DNA of 53,334 nucleotides from a virus (Duplodnaviria > Caudoviricetes), in IMG/VR virus record IMGVR_UViG_3300010399_000010, positions 1-53,334 of that record, one strand, 5' to 3'. Below, one piece after another: positions 1-8,614 of this stretch (its first letter is position 1; each line of letters begins with the position of its first letter). The translations under genes were made by a program, and so were the position numbers. The notes beneath the pieces are model-generated. The model ran no database searches and had not been told where the DNA came from. It was given only the letters and a program-made list of their open reading frames with translations.

Positions 1-123
1 AAGGAGCGGCTCGACGCGCTGGAAGAACGGGCGCGCACCGTCGGCGGCCCGTCGTGAGCAACGGCACCAACGCCTACGTTGACGATCTGCGCGGCGCCCT
101 CACGCGACGGATCGCGCGGCTGG
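1..123. repeat. Terminal direct repeat (copy 1), circular-assembly overlap
   Basis: 1-123 is identical to 53212-53334, and the gene at 52942-53268 runs through the repeat. Confidence 0.95.
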
Positions 124-470
124 AAGTGCGAGCAGCGGAATACGGGATCGACGTGCCGCCGCATGTCCTGGAGGATCTGGAGCAGGCGCGGGCATCCCTG
201 GCCAAGATCGACACCATCCCGCCGTCCCACCACGAGCGACTGATCATGGTGGCGGTCCTGGACCTGATCAGCCAGGTGGCGGGGGTCAAGCGCGAGCTGG
301 AAGAGGGGCACAAGCGCGATGCATCCGATCGGGTGCTGCGGCAGCAGGAAACCGACGCCTACCGCGCGCATATCGAGTCCCGGCTGATGTACGTCTGGCC
401 GGCCGTAGCGGCGAACGCGAGCGCGCTGCTGCTGCTCATGTGGCTCGTCGGCCGGCGGACCCGGCTGTGA
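54..470 (+). CDS. Membrane-anchored helical protein of the lysis region
   Basis: GTGA coupling to the upstream gene, N-terminal helical hairpin (RRIARLEVRAAEYGIDVPPHVLEDLE), C-terminal hydrophobic helix. Confidence 0.7.
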   Translation: MSNGTNAYVDDLRGALTRRIARLEVRAAEYGIDVPPHVLEDLEQARASLAKIDTIPPSHHERLIMVAVLDLISQVAGVKRELEEGHKRDASDRVLRQQETDAYRAHIESRLMYVWPAVAANASALLLLMWLVGRRTRL

Positions 471-556
471 GCCGAGAGCAGACCATCCTACTCTTCCTGG
501 TCGTCGGCCTGCTGCTTTTTAGTCTGGTGATCGTCGCCATCCGCCGGCGGAAGTGA
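467..556 (+). CDS. 29-aa single-TM peptide (MSREQTILLFLVVGLLLFSLVIVAIRRRK), absent from the ORF track
   Basis: GTGA overlap with the previous stop, fills the gap, about 20 hydrophobic residues followed by RRRK. Confidence 0.65.
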   Translation: MSREQTILLFLVVGLLLFSLVIVAIRRRK

Positions 557-563
557 GGATGCT

Positions 564-812
564 ATGACTGGCGTGCGGAAGGGAACCGAATCACCAGCGC
601 GCAGGCGGGTGCGGGCGGCCTTCGAGGCCCACGGCACACTGACCCAGAAGCAACTCCGCGCGGTCCTGGGCAACACGGACAAACCGGAGACGCTCGACTA
701 TCACGTGCGGCGACTGGTCCAGGCGGGCGCCCTGATCGTCACACGCGACGCCTGGAAGGTCAGGGACGGCTCGCAGTTGCGGTATACGCTGGCGCGAAAG
801 AGGGTTCGATGA
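564..812 (+). CDS. Winged-helix DNA-binding protein
   Basis: LTQKQLRAVLG...TLDYHVRRLVQAGAL wHTH pattern; GAGGA RBS. Confidence 0.7.
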   Translation: MTGVRKGTESPARRRVRAAFEAHGTLTQKQLRAVLGNTDKPETLDYHVRRLVQAGALIVTRDAWKVRDGSQLRYTLARKRVR

Positions 813-1294
813 GGCTTACAAACTCCACGCCCCGCACCCCATTGCCGATCTCGGTCGTGCTGATCGGTGCGATTACGACCCTGGCAGTCGTGACGGTCGC
901 GGCGATGGTGGTGACCTCGGTCCTGCTGCCCGACAATCCCGCACTGGCCGAGCGGATCATTGTGTACGTCGGCGGGATTACCGCAGGACTCATGCTCCTG
1001 TTGCGTTCAGCCCAGAACGCCATCGGCCTCTATCAGGTCCATGTTGATCTCAACTCGCGCCTGACGGCCTTTATGGCTGCGCAGGCAGAGCAGGAGCGCG
1101 CGAAGGGTGTACTGGAGGGCACGGCGCTCTCCGCGCAAGGGCAGCAGGACGCGATCGTCGCAACCGCGGTTGAGGCGGCGCGCGTCGCCCGCCAGGCCGC
1201 TGAAACAGCAACAGCGGCAGCCAGCGCAGTTGCGCAGGTGGCGGCTGATGCCGCTGCCGCGTTGGCTGCCGCACATGAAAGAGCAAATCAATGA
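809..1294 (+). CDS. 2-TM membrane protein with Ala-rich coil (holin-like)
   Basis: Two hydrophobic segments, ATGA coupling, lysis-to-terminase context. Confidence 0.6.
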   Translation: MRLTNSTPRTPLPISVVLIGAITTLAVVTVAAMVVTSVLLPDNPALAERIIVYVGGITAGLMLLLRSAQNAIGLYQVHVDLNSRLTAFMAAQAEQERAKGVLEGTALSAQGQQDAIVATAVEAARVARQAAETATAAASAVAQVAADAAAALAAAHERANQ

Positions 1295-1530
1295 CACCAG
1301 CTTCTGCATTTCCTTTGCGCAAAGTCAGCTTTTCAACGATCGCCGGCCTGCTGTCCGCTCTGGTTTTCTGGGCGCTCCGGCGCTATGCGGGCGTTGAGAT
1401 CGACCAGGAGGGCGCGGTGCTGATCACGGCGCTTATCTCTGGGCTGGTCGGGTACCTCACCCCTCTGGCGCCCGGCGAGGTCGTCACGAAGCTCACGAAG
1501 GCGGGGCGGGCGCATCATGGCGGGGGGTGA
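1291..1530 (+). CDS. Holin-like 2-TM protein
   Basis: 79 aa with two TM helices and ...SGLVGYLTP, typical of small phage holins. Confidence 0.65.
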   Translation: MTPASAFPLRKVSFSTIAGLLSALVFWALRRYAGVEIDQEGAVLITALISGLVGYLTPLAPGEVVTKLTKAGRAHHGGG

Positions 1531-2170
1531 GCCTGAAAAGAAGCTCACCAATCGCGAGCGCGCCTTTGTCGAGCACTACCTGACCGGCAGAGCGCGCTGG
1601 AACGGCGCGGCGGCGGCGCGGGCGGCGGGCTACTCCACGAAGACCGCGAAGGAGCAGGCCTCTCGGCTGTTAACAAAAGTTAACGTTCAGGCGGCGATCG
1701 AGGCCCGCCTGGCCGAACTGAAGATGGGCGCCGATCAGGTGCTCGTGCTGTTGAGTGAACAGGCTGGCGGCTCCCTGGAAGACTTTCTTCGGATCGAGCG
1801 CGTGAGCTACCACCCGCGCCAAGCGGTCCCGTGCCCAACACCGGAAGATCCCAAGGCAGTTGAGTGGGTGGAGGACCCACTCCCCGTTGAGCGCCTGATC
1901 GTTGCGCTCGATTGGGAGCAGGCCCGCGATCGGGGCAAGCTCCACCTGCTCAAGGAAGTCAAATGGAATCAGTGGGGCGAGCCAGAGATCAAGGCGTACA
2001 GTTCACAGGCCGCCTTAGCGCTCCTCGCCAAGCATCACGGGTTGCTCGTCGAGCGCCACGAACACACCGGCAAGGACGGCGCACCAATCGAGATAGCGGA
2101 TGCTCGCGACCGACTCCTTAACAAGCTTACGCGCCGTGCTGCCGACGCTGAAACAGGCGGAATTGACTGA
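1517..2170 (+). CDS. terS: Terminase small subunit
   Basis: LTNRERAFVEHY...NGAAAARAAGYS.KTA..QASRLL motif and C-terminal EHTGKDGAPI. Confidence 0.93.
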   Translation: MAGGEPEKKLTNRERAFVEHYLTGRARWNGAAAARAAGYSTKTAKEQASRLLTKVNVQAAIEARLAELKMGADQVLVLLSEQAGGSLEDFLRIERVSYHPRQAVPCPTPEDPKAVEWVEDPLPVERLIVALDWEQARDRGKLHLLKEVKWNQWGEPEIKAYSSQAALALLAKHHGLLVERHEHTGKDGAPIEIADARDRLLNKLTRRAADAETGGID

Positions 2171-3488
2171 CCTCCTGGCGGATCTGGATGAGCGAACGGC
2201 ACTTACACTGCTCTACGACTGGCCACTCTGGGCCAGGGAGGAGCAACTGCCACCGCCTGGCGCCTGGTACATCTGGCTGATACTCGCGGGGCGCGGCTGG
2301 GGCAAGACCAGGACCGGCGCGGAGTTTGTCCGCTGGCGAGTGGAGACGGGTCGGGCGCACCGGATCGCCCTCATCGGGCAGACCGCTGCCGATGTGCGCG
2401 ATGTCCTGGTCGAAGGCGATTCGGGACTGCTGGCCGTCTGCCCAGCCTGGAATCGGCCCAAGTACGAACCATCAAAGCGCCGCCTGACCTGGCCGGATGG
2501 ACAGATCGCTACCACGTTCAGCGGAGATGCACCGGATCAGCTGCGCGGGCCGCAGCACGATACGGTCTGGGCCGATGAGCTGGCGAAGTGGCGCTATCCG
2601 CAAGAGGCGTGGGATAACACGGAAATGGGGCTCCGCTCGAGCAACGACCCGCGCGCGGTCGTCACGACCACGCCTCGCCCGATCCCGCTCATTCTGGCGC
2701 TCAGAGACGATCCGCAAACGGTGCGACCGACCAAAAATCTATCAACACAGCTCAATCGGGCAAATGTCTCTGAGCGGTTTATTCAGCGGGTCATCCACAA
2801 GTACGCTGGCACGCGCCTGGGCCGCCAGGAGCTGGACGCGGAGATTCTCGACGATGTACCGGGCGCGCTCTGGACCCGGAGTCTGATCGAGGCGTCGCGG
2901 GTGCGGGTAGCACCGTTGCTTACGCGGATCGTCGTTGGAGTCGACCCGCCCGGATCGGCGGATGGCGCGGAGTGCGGGATCGTGGTGAGCGGCAAGGACG
3001 CGAGCGAGCATGGCTACATCCTGGCCGACTACTCGCTCCAGGGGTCGCCGGCGGAGTGGGCAGCACAGGTGATTACGGCCTACATCCGCGAGAAAGCCGA
3101 CAAGATCGTCGCGGAGAAGAATAACGGCGGAGATATGGTCGCGCATGTGATTCGCCAGGCGACGGCGGATGTGGGTGGCATCACGATCCGGGGCGCGAAC
3201 CTTCCGGTCGAACTGGTGTGGGCCAGCCGGGGGAAGCAGACTCGCGCGGAACCGATCGCGCTCCTGTGGGAGCAGAAGCCCCCACGTGCGCACTACGTCG
3301 GGGCGCACCCGGAACTGGAAGATCAATGTTGCACCTGGGTACCGGGGGAGGACAGCCCCGATCGGATGGATGCCAAAGTTTGGGCCATGACCGAGTTGTT
3401 CCCGAATGAGGAAGCAGTCAGCGGAGCGGCCGCCGTGGGCGGCCAACGCCCCGCGCTCGCACGGGCAACTCAGCAACGGAGGCGGTGA
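2100..3488 (+). CDS. terL: Terminase large subunit (start uncertain)
   Basis: Walker A AGRGWGKT, Walker B VWADE, motif III TTTP, nuclease motifs VGVDP and SPDRMDA. Confidence 0.96.
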   Translation: MLATDSLTSLRAVLPTLKQAELTDLLADLDERTALTLLYDWPLWAREEQLPPPGAWYIWLILAGRGWGKTRTGAEFVRWRVETGRAHRIALIGQTAADVRDVLVEGDSGLLAVCPAWNRPKYEPSKRRLTWPDGQIATTFSGDAPDQLRGPQHDTVWADELAKWRYPQEAWDNTEMGLRSSNDPRAVVTTTPRPIPLILALRDDPQTVRPTKNLSTQLNRANVSERFIQRVIHKYAGTRLGRQELDAEILDDVPGALWTRSLIEASRVRVAPLLTRIVVGVDPPGSADGAECGIVVSGKDASEHGYILADYSLQGSPAEWAAQVITAYIREKADKIVAEKNNGGDMVAHVIRQATADVGGITIRGANLPVELVWASRGKQTRAEPIALLWEQKPPRAHYVGAHPELEDQCCTWVPGEDSPDRMDAKVWAMTELFPNEEAVSGAAAVGGQRPALARATQQRRR

Positions 3489-3706
3489 TGATCGAGCAAC
3501 CCGAACAAACAACCATGTACGATCCCCAACTCCGTCGCACGCTCATGCAGGCGGCAACGTCGCTCAATCGGGCAATCGAGGCGCCAGGAATCGATATGCA
3601 ACTCCAGCGGGCGCTCATCCATGCGGCGGGCGCGCTCGATCGGCGGCTCGGTCGGGGAGTGGCACTGCCGAACCGCGTCATGCGCCGGCAGAAGCGCGGC
3701 CCCTAG
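3485..3706 (+). CDS. Hypothetical protein
   Basis: GTGA-coupled to terL, with a GGAGG RBS. Confidence 0.55.
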   Translation: MMIEQPEQTTMYDPQLRRTLMQAATSLNRAIEAPGIDMQLQRALIHAAGALDRRLGRGVALPNRVMRRQKRGP

Positions 3707-3723
3707 CGGACGTTGACAGAACG

Positions 3724-3732
3724 TGCTAGAAT
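3724..3732 (+). promoter_or_regulatory. Extended -10 promoter for the RNA island
   Basis: TG-C-TAGAAT directly upstream of structured non-coding sequence. Confidence 0.5.
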
Positions 3733-3856
3733 AGGTGTGCTGATGTCGCGCAGAGCCGCGAGTGACGCGCGAGTAACGCATCAGCAGACAGGCGTGGGTG
3801 ACGCTGGCGCGGATGGTTTGAATAGTGTGAGCTATTCGCGCCGGCGCCGCAACCGA

Positions 3857-3927
3857 TGCGCTCCTCCTGGGGAGATCGGGGGCTCATAACCCTTGATGGG
3901 CGGGTTCAATTCCTGCGAGCGCTACCA
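3857..3927 (+). tRNA. Initiator-type tRNA-Met(CAT) with truncated D arm
   Basis: Acceptor TGCGCTC/GAGCGCT with a 1:72 mismatch, followed by A-CCA. Anticodon arm GGGGG-CTCATAA-CCCTT. T arm GCGGG-TTCAATT-CCTGC. Only 14 nt lie between the acceptor and anticodon stems. Confidence 0.8.
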
Positions 3928-4039
3928 ATGCCCACATTTTAACTCTTGGGTGGCGGCCCTAGTTTCCTGGCCGGTCAGGGTTGCGACGAAGCCGCCATCG
4001 AACAACTGAAGATCATCAGCGCCCCCGCTGAATAAGCTG

Positions 4040-4078
4040 CGGCGAGTTGCACCCCTCTGGGGTCGGCTCGCCGTTTTT
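4040..4078 (+). terminator. Intrinsic terminator-like hairpin just before the portal gene
   Basis: CGGCGAGTTG...CGGCTCGCCG followed by TTTTT. Confidence 0.6.
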
Positions 4079-4085
4079 GTATCCT

Positions 4086-5465
4086 ATGACCGATACGGCC
4101 ACAACCGAGAACGGCAAGGCCACGGCCCGCGACCGCGAGTATGTGGTTGGCGGCGGCTACTGGTGGTACCGCGGCCAGCAGTCGCGCGCCCTAGCCCTTC
4201 CCTGGGCGATCGACGACCTCACCCAGGACTTCGGCCCCGACCTCTACGAGCGGATGCTTGACGACAGCCAGGTGGCGGCGTGCGACATCCTGATGCGGGC
4301 TGCCATCCTTGAGGATGGGGTGACGCTCTCGCCGGCCGTGGACGAGGTGGGCGCGGACGGGTACGACCAGGCGGTGGAGTTGGTCGCGTTCTGCAATCCC
4401 GTGCTTGAGGACCTCGAAACCGCGCTTGACGATGTGTTGTGGGACATGCTGGGCAGCATGGCGCTGGGCAACCGAGTGGCGGAAATTACCTATCACCCCT
4501 TCGACCGCTCGCCGCTCCCTGGTCGGGCCGTGCTGCGCAGTCTCACCGTCAAGCCGCGCGAGTCGCTGGCCTTCGTCGTCGATAGCGCCATGCGCACGAT
4601 CGGCTTCCTCGGTCGCCAGCAGGGCGGGCCGATGGTCGCGACGGGCCAGCTCGTGGACGTGGCCACGGATACGCGGTTCATCGAGCGCCAGAAGTTCATG
4701 GTGGCGACGTGCCGCCCGGTCAACAACGACCCGCGCGGGTCATCCGACCTACGGCCCGCCTACTGGCCATGGTGGCTGAAGCAGCAGACCTGGCAAGAGT
4801 TCCTGAAGTACCTGGCGCAGTTCGCGAGCGCGATCGTCGTCGGCACGACCGCGCCGGGCGCGAGAGACGAGATCGACCCCGCGACCGGGCAGACCCTGAC
4901 CGCCCCCCAGGCCCTGCTCAAACAACTGATCGCGCTCGCGAACGGATCGGCAATCGCGGTACCACACGACACGCTGATCGATCTGCTCTTCAGTCAGGGC
5001 GAAGGCCAGGCGTTTATCAATGCGTTTGCGCTCTATGACGCGCAGATCAGGATGGCAATCACGACCCAGACGCTCGCGACGGGCGAAGGCGAGTACGCCA
5101 GCCGCGCGCAGGCGGGGGTCCACCAGGACGCACTGGACACGTTGCTCCGCCAGGCCAAGCGCGCGATCTGCCGGATGTTGCGGCGCGATGTGCTACGCAA
5201 CCTCGTGCGCTACAACTACGGCGACAAACTCGCGAGTCTCACCCCGCTGGTTAGTCTGGGCGATGTGCAGGCCGAAGACGCGGCGAAGCTGATCACCGCG
5301 TTCGCACTCGCGGGCTGGACCCTCCACCCCAGTCAACTGACGGCGGTTGACCGGCGAGTCAACGTGCCGCCGCGCGTGCTGACCGATGAGCCGGCGCCAG
5401 CGCCGGAGGATGGGCAGCAGCAAGGCGGGCAAGATCCACTCGTTGAGGAAGATGGCAATGGATGA
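4086..5465 (+). CDS. Portal protein (Mu gp29/DUF935-like)
   Basis: Position after terL; LYERMLDDSQVAAC, NDPRGSSDLRPAYWPW, YASRAQAGVH motifs. Confidence 0.88.
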   Translation: MTDTATTENGKATARDREYVVGGGYWWYRGQQSRALALPWAIDDLTQDFGPDLYERMLDDSQVAACDILMRAAILEDGVTLSPAVDEVGADGYDQAVELVAFCNPVLEDLETALDDVLWDMLGSMALGNRVAEITYHPFDRSPLPGRAVLRSLTVKPRESLAFVVDSAMRTIGFLGRQQGGPMVATGQLVDVATDTRFIERQKFMVATCRPVNNDPRGSSDLRPAYWPWWLKQQTWQEFLKYLAQFASAIVVGTTAPGARDEIDPATGQTLTAPQALLKQLIALANGSAIAVPHDTLIDLLFSQGEGQAFINAFALYDAQIRMAITTQTLATGEGEYASRAQAGVHQDALDTLLRQAKRAICRMLRRDVLRNLVRYNYGDKLASLTPLVSLGDVQAEDAAKLITAFALAGWTLHPSQLTAVDRRVNVPPRVLTDEPAPAPEDGQQQGGQDPLVEEDGNG

Positions 5466-5772
5466 GAAACAATGGGTTGTCAACCGAAACGGGCAACATC
5501 TCGTTGCTGTTCAGCACGGGTGCGGCGTGGGCGATGCGCCAGTCAACTGCTATGTGGACGAGCACCACAACTGGACGTGTCCAAATTGCGGCGCGACCTA
5601 CGGGGCGGCGTTCCCACTCCAGGAATGGCAGTCACTTCTGAATCTTGTGGGGGCAATTGAGCGAATGAACGCGGAGATATCTCATATGTCCCCCGATGAA
5701 CAACGTACATTTGAGCGTTCGTTATTTTACGAAATCCCTCGTCCGGGGGCTAAAGACGAACAAGGAGGGTGA
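5458..5772 (+). CDS. Small Zn-ribbon protein (moron-like)
   Basis: HGCG...CPNCG motif; lower GC than its neighbours. Confidence 0.55.
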   Translation: MDEKQWVVNRNGQHLVAVQHGCGVGDAPVNCYVDEHHNWTCPNCGATYGAAFPLQEWQSLLNLVGAIERMNAEISHMSPDEQRTFERSLFYEIPRPGAKDEQGG

Positions 5773-5776
5773 GTCG

Positions 5777-5980
5777 ATGTTTCAGTGGGGTGACATGCCT
5801 GGAGTCCAGATAGATCCCGAACAAATTCGCCTCAATCTTGCGTTGTTTCGCGCTCAACTGACCGAGCGGGAACGAGTGGCATTTGATGAGGTGTTTGAGC
5901 GCGAGAAGACAAGGTTTCGTGAGTGGTTTGATGGCTTCCTTCAGTCGGAACTAGCGGCACTTGGTTCGATCGAACCATGA
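5777..5980 (+). CDS. Hypothetical protein (moron-like)
   Basis: AGGAGG RBS, ATGA-coupled to the protease gene, lower GC. Confidence 0.55.
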   Translation: MFQWGDMPGVQIDPEQIRLNLALFRAQLTERERVAFDEVFEREKTRFREWFDGFLQSELAALGSIEP

Positions 5981-7431
5981 CAGGCGATCTGTACCATCTT
6001 GCGCTGTCTGTTCCCTGGTGCATCACATCCGAGGCGCTGGAGGCCATGCTCTCGATCGCCAGTCGTGAGCCGCTCCCAGACGATGAGATCGCGCGCCGGA
6101 TGCACGGCCCTACCGCGCTGGCAGCCAGGGGCGGCAAGCGCCGAGAGGACAGCGGGCGGATGACCATGCGGGGCTCCGTCGCGCACATCCCGATCGACGG
6201 GCCGATCTACCGCTACGCCGATATGTTCACCGCGGTATCGGGCGGCGTCACGACCGACAGTCTCATGCGCGATTTGAATCTGGCGCTTGACGATGCCGCC
6301 GTCGCCGCGCTCCTGTTCGCGATTGACAGCCCTGGCGGCGAGTCGACCGGCATTAACGAACTCAGCGACGCGATCTATGCCGCACGCGGGCGGAAGCCGA
6401 TCGCGGCCTACGTGGAGGGCTATGGCGCCAGCGCGGCCTATTGGATCGCCAGTGCGTGCGACTCGATCGTGGTGGACGATGGCGCCATGCTCGGCTCGAT
6501 CGGGACCGTGATCGGCGTGCCGGACCCGACCCGGCGCCCCAGTTACCGGATCGAGTTCGTGTCCTCACAATCACCCAAGAAACGCCCCGACCCGACCACC
6601 GACGCCGGGCGGGCGGAGTTCCAGCGGATTGCGGACGAGCTGACCGAGGTGTTTATCGCGAAGGTGGCCCGCAACCGCGCCCTTGACCCGCGCCAGATTC
6701 TCGCGGTCGAAGGCGGGCTGCTGATCGGTCAGGCGGCGGTTGCGGCGGGGCTGGCGGATACGGTCGGGGCGGAAGAGGGCGCGATCCGTATGTTGATGAG
6801 CGGAGCGCTCACCATGCCGAATCTGCGCACGACGCGCACGTTTGCTCTATCAGGCGCGCCCGTGCGCGCGACACAGGAGGGGTTTACTATGCCGCCAATT
6901 GATTCCAAGGGGTTTTGGTCTGGCTTCTGGGGCGGAGCGAAGGATGCGGGGATTGTTCCAGAGGCGACTGCTGAGGTCGTGCCGCCCGCGCAAGCTGTCA
7001 CCCCGTCCGTACCGACCACGCCCGATCCCCGCGCCGAGCAGATCGCCGCCGAGAACGCCGAGTTGCGTAAGCAACTGGCGCGGGTGAAAGCCGAACAGAT
7101 CCAGAAGGATGCGCAGACCTTCGCATCAGCCGAACTCGGTGCCGCCCGCGCCTACCCCGCTGAGCAGGCGGCGATCGTCGCCCTCTACAGCCGGCTCGCG
7201 GAAGTGGACGCGAGCCATCCGCGCGACGACGGGCAGCCGAGTTGCGTGGCGCTGCTGGAGGCCGCCTATCGCGCGCGACCCGCCAGCAGCATGCCGCGCG
7301 ATCTTTTGGGCGCCAGTCCGCAGGGGGTCGCGCTCACCAACGCCGCGCCGAAGGATGAGGAACTGGCGAAGGTACGGGCGGACGCGGAGGCGTTCGCCGC
7401 GCGGCAGAACGGCAGCAGCAAGAAGCGGTAG
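5977..7431 (+). CDS. S49 prohead protease fused to scaffold
   Basis: IDSPGG, ASAAYWIAS and GSIGT motifs; coiled-coil C-terminal part. Confidence 0.92.
   Translation: MTGDLYHLALSVPWCITSEALEAMLSIASREPLPDDEIARRMHGPTALAARGGKRREDSGRMTMRGSVAHIPIDGPIYRYADMFTAVSGGVTTDSLMRDLNLALDDAAVAALLFAIDSPGGESTGINELSDAIYAARGRKPIAAYVEGYGASAAYWIASACDSIVVDDGAMLGSIGTVIGVPDPTRRPSYRIEFVSSQSPKKRPDPTTDAGRAEFQRIADELTEVFIAKVARNRALDPRQILAVEGGLLIGQAAVAAGLADTVGAEEGAIRMLMSGALTMPNLRTTRTFALSGAPVRATQEGFTMPPIDSKGFWSGFWGGAKDAGIVPEATAEVVPPAQAVTPSVPTTPDPRAEQIAAENAELRKQLARVKAEQIQKDAQTFASAELGAARAYPAEQAAIVALYSRLAEVDASHPRDDGQPSCVALLEAAYRARPASSMPRDLLGASPQGVALTNAAPKDEELAKVRADAEAFAARQNGSSKKR
6889..7431 (+). CDS. Nested in-frame scaffold protein (lambda C/Nu3-like arrangement)
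   Basis: Internal AGGAGGG RBS before an in-frame ATG (MPPIDSK). Confidence 0.6.
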   Translation: MPPIDSKGFWSGFWGGAKDAGIVPEATAEVVPPAQAVTPSVPTTPDPRAEQIAAENAELRKQLARVKAEQIQKDAQTFASAELGAARAYPAEQAAIVALYSRLAEVDASHPRDDGQPSCVALLEAAYRARPASSMPRDLLGASPQGVALTNAAPKDEELAKVRADAEAFAARQNGSSKKR

Positions 7432-7439
7432 CGCGCACA

Positions 7440-7456
7440 TCCGCCACAGTGGCGGA
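7440..7456. promoter_or_regulatory. 17-bp palindrome TCCGCCACAGTGGCGGA (copy 1 of 4)
   Basis: Intergenic; matches copies at 31186, 31291 and 45798. Confidence 0.8.
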
Positions 7457-7474
7457 AATGGGAGGAACCTATCT

Positions 7475-8569
7475 ATGCCGAATACCTATGGACGGCGCGT
7501 ACTGGGCACGACCGGGATTCCCGTCTGGGTGTCTGCCGATGGCAGCCCCGAGTGGAAGGCCGGCGGCATCACGATCGACTGGGCCACGATCACCGCCGAA
7601 GTGACCGCGCGGACCCTGACCGATGGCACGATCATCGCGGCCGGAGCCAAGGGCCTGGAATTCGGGACCATCCTGTGTCAGAGGACGGTCCAGGAGGTCC
7701 AGTCTATTCAAGTGGATGCGACCGGCGGCGACTTCACGATGAGTGGCAACGCAGCGACCACCGCCGCACTGGCCTATAACGCGAGCGCGGCGACCGTGCA
7801 GGCCGCAATTCGGGCACTGGGCGGCGCCTATGCGGGCGTGGTTGTCACGAAGGTCAGGAACCGCTGGACCATCACCGAACAGGCCGGGACCGACGGCGGC
7901 ACCTTCAGCTTGCGCATCACACGCGGCGGGCAAAGCCGGCTCGTTGAGGGGATCGCCTGGGATGTCGCCTCCACCACCACGCTGGATGCGGCGATCGAGG
8001 CGCTCGACATCATCGGGACCGGCGGCGTCGCGGCGACGGGCAGCGCGGGCGGGCCGTACACACTGGTCTTCGCGCCCGCGCTGGGGGCGATCGAGGTGGA
8101 GATCGCGAACGATTTGACCAGTGACGGCGGCGTGCTGGAGGGCGGGCTGGTGCTGGCCAACCTCCAGGGCGGCGCGTATGTGATCACCTTCCCTGCGGGC
8201 GGGGGCGATGTCACGGCGCTCACGACCACCGTAACGGGACTGACCGGCGGCGCGAGTACCGCGACGGTCGCGACCCCGACCGCCGGCGCGGCCAGTGGAA
8301 CCTACGGGCCGTTCAGCAGCGCCGCGACCGATGGACGGCAGACGCTGGCGCGGGGCCGCTGCTATATCCTGAACGAGAGTTTGACCGAACTCGGCCCGGT
8401 CGGGCTCGCCACGCAAGCGACCGATCATCCGGGGGTGTTCGACGGCGGGCGGGTGTGGCGGGCGCGGCTGAACATCGGCGGCGCCAACCCAACCTCGATC
8501 GGCGGGAATGAGCCCACGGCAGCGGAATTTGAGGCGGCCTTTCCGCGCATCCAATTTGTAGACCTTTAG
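7475..8569 (+). CDS. Head decoration protein with inserted repeat domains
   Basis: Lies between the protease and MCP genes; GTYGPFSSAATDGRQT motif; two TGGxF...A.IxAL...GGxYxxxF modules. Confidence 0.78.
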   Translation: MPNTYGRRVLGTTGIPVWVSADGSPEWKAGGITIDWATITAEVTARTLTDGTIIAAGAKGLEFGTILCQRTVQEVQSIQVDATGGDFTMSGNAATTAALAYNASAATVQAAIRALGGAYAGVVVTKVRNRWTITEQAGTDGGTFSLRITRGGQSRLVEGIAWDVASTTTLDAAIEALDIIGTGGVAATGSAGGPYTLVFAPALGAIEVEIANDLTSDGGVLEGGLVLANLQGGAYVITFPAGGGDVTALTTTVTGLTGGASTATVATPTAGAASGTYGPFSSAATDGRQTLARGRCYILNESLTELGPVGLATQATDHPGVFDGGRVWRARLNIGGANPTSIGGNEPTAAEFEAAFPRIQFVDL

Positions 8570-8614
8570 TCACCGCCTCGGGGCGGGTTGCTCGCGGTCA
8601 GGAGGGCCGTACCT

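Noticed and set aside
1-123. Biological terminal repeat of the virion DNA
   Set aside because: It is an exact overlap cutting through coding sequence, most simply a circular assembly overlap; the packaging ends cannot be inferred.
3713-3732. TTGACA/TAGAAT as a -35/-10 pair
   Set aside because: The spacer is only 8 bp; only the extended -10 was kept.
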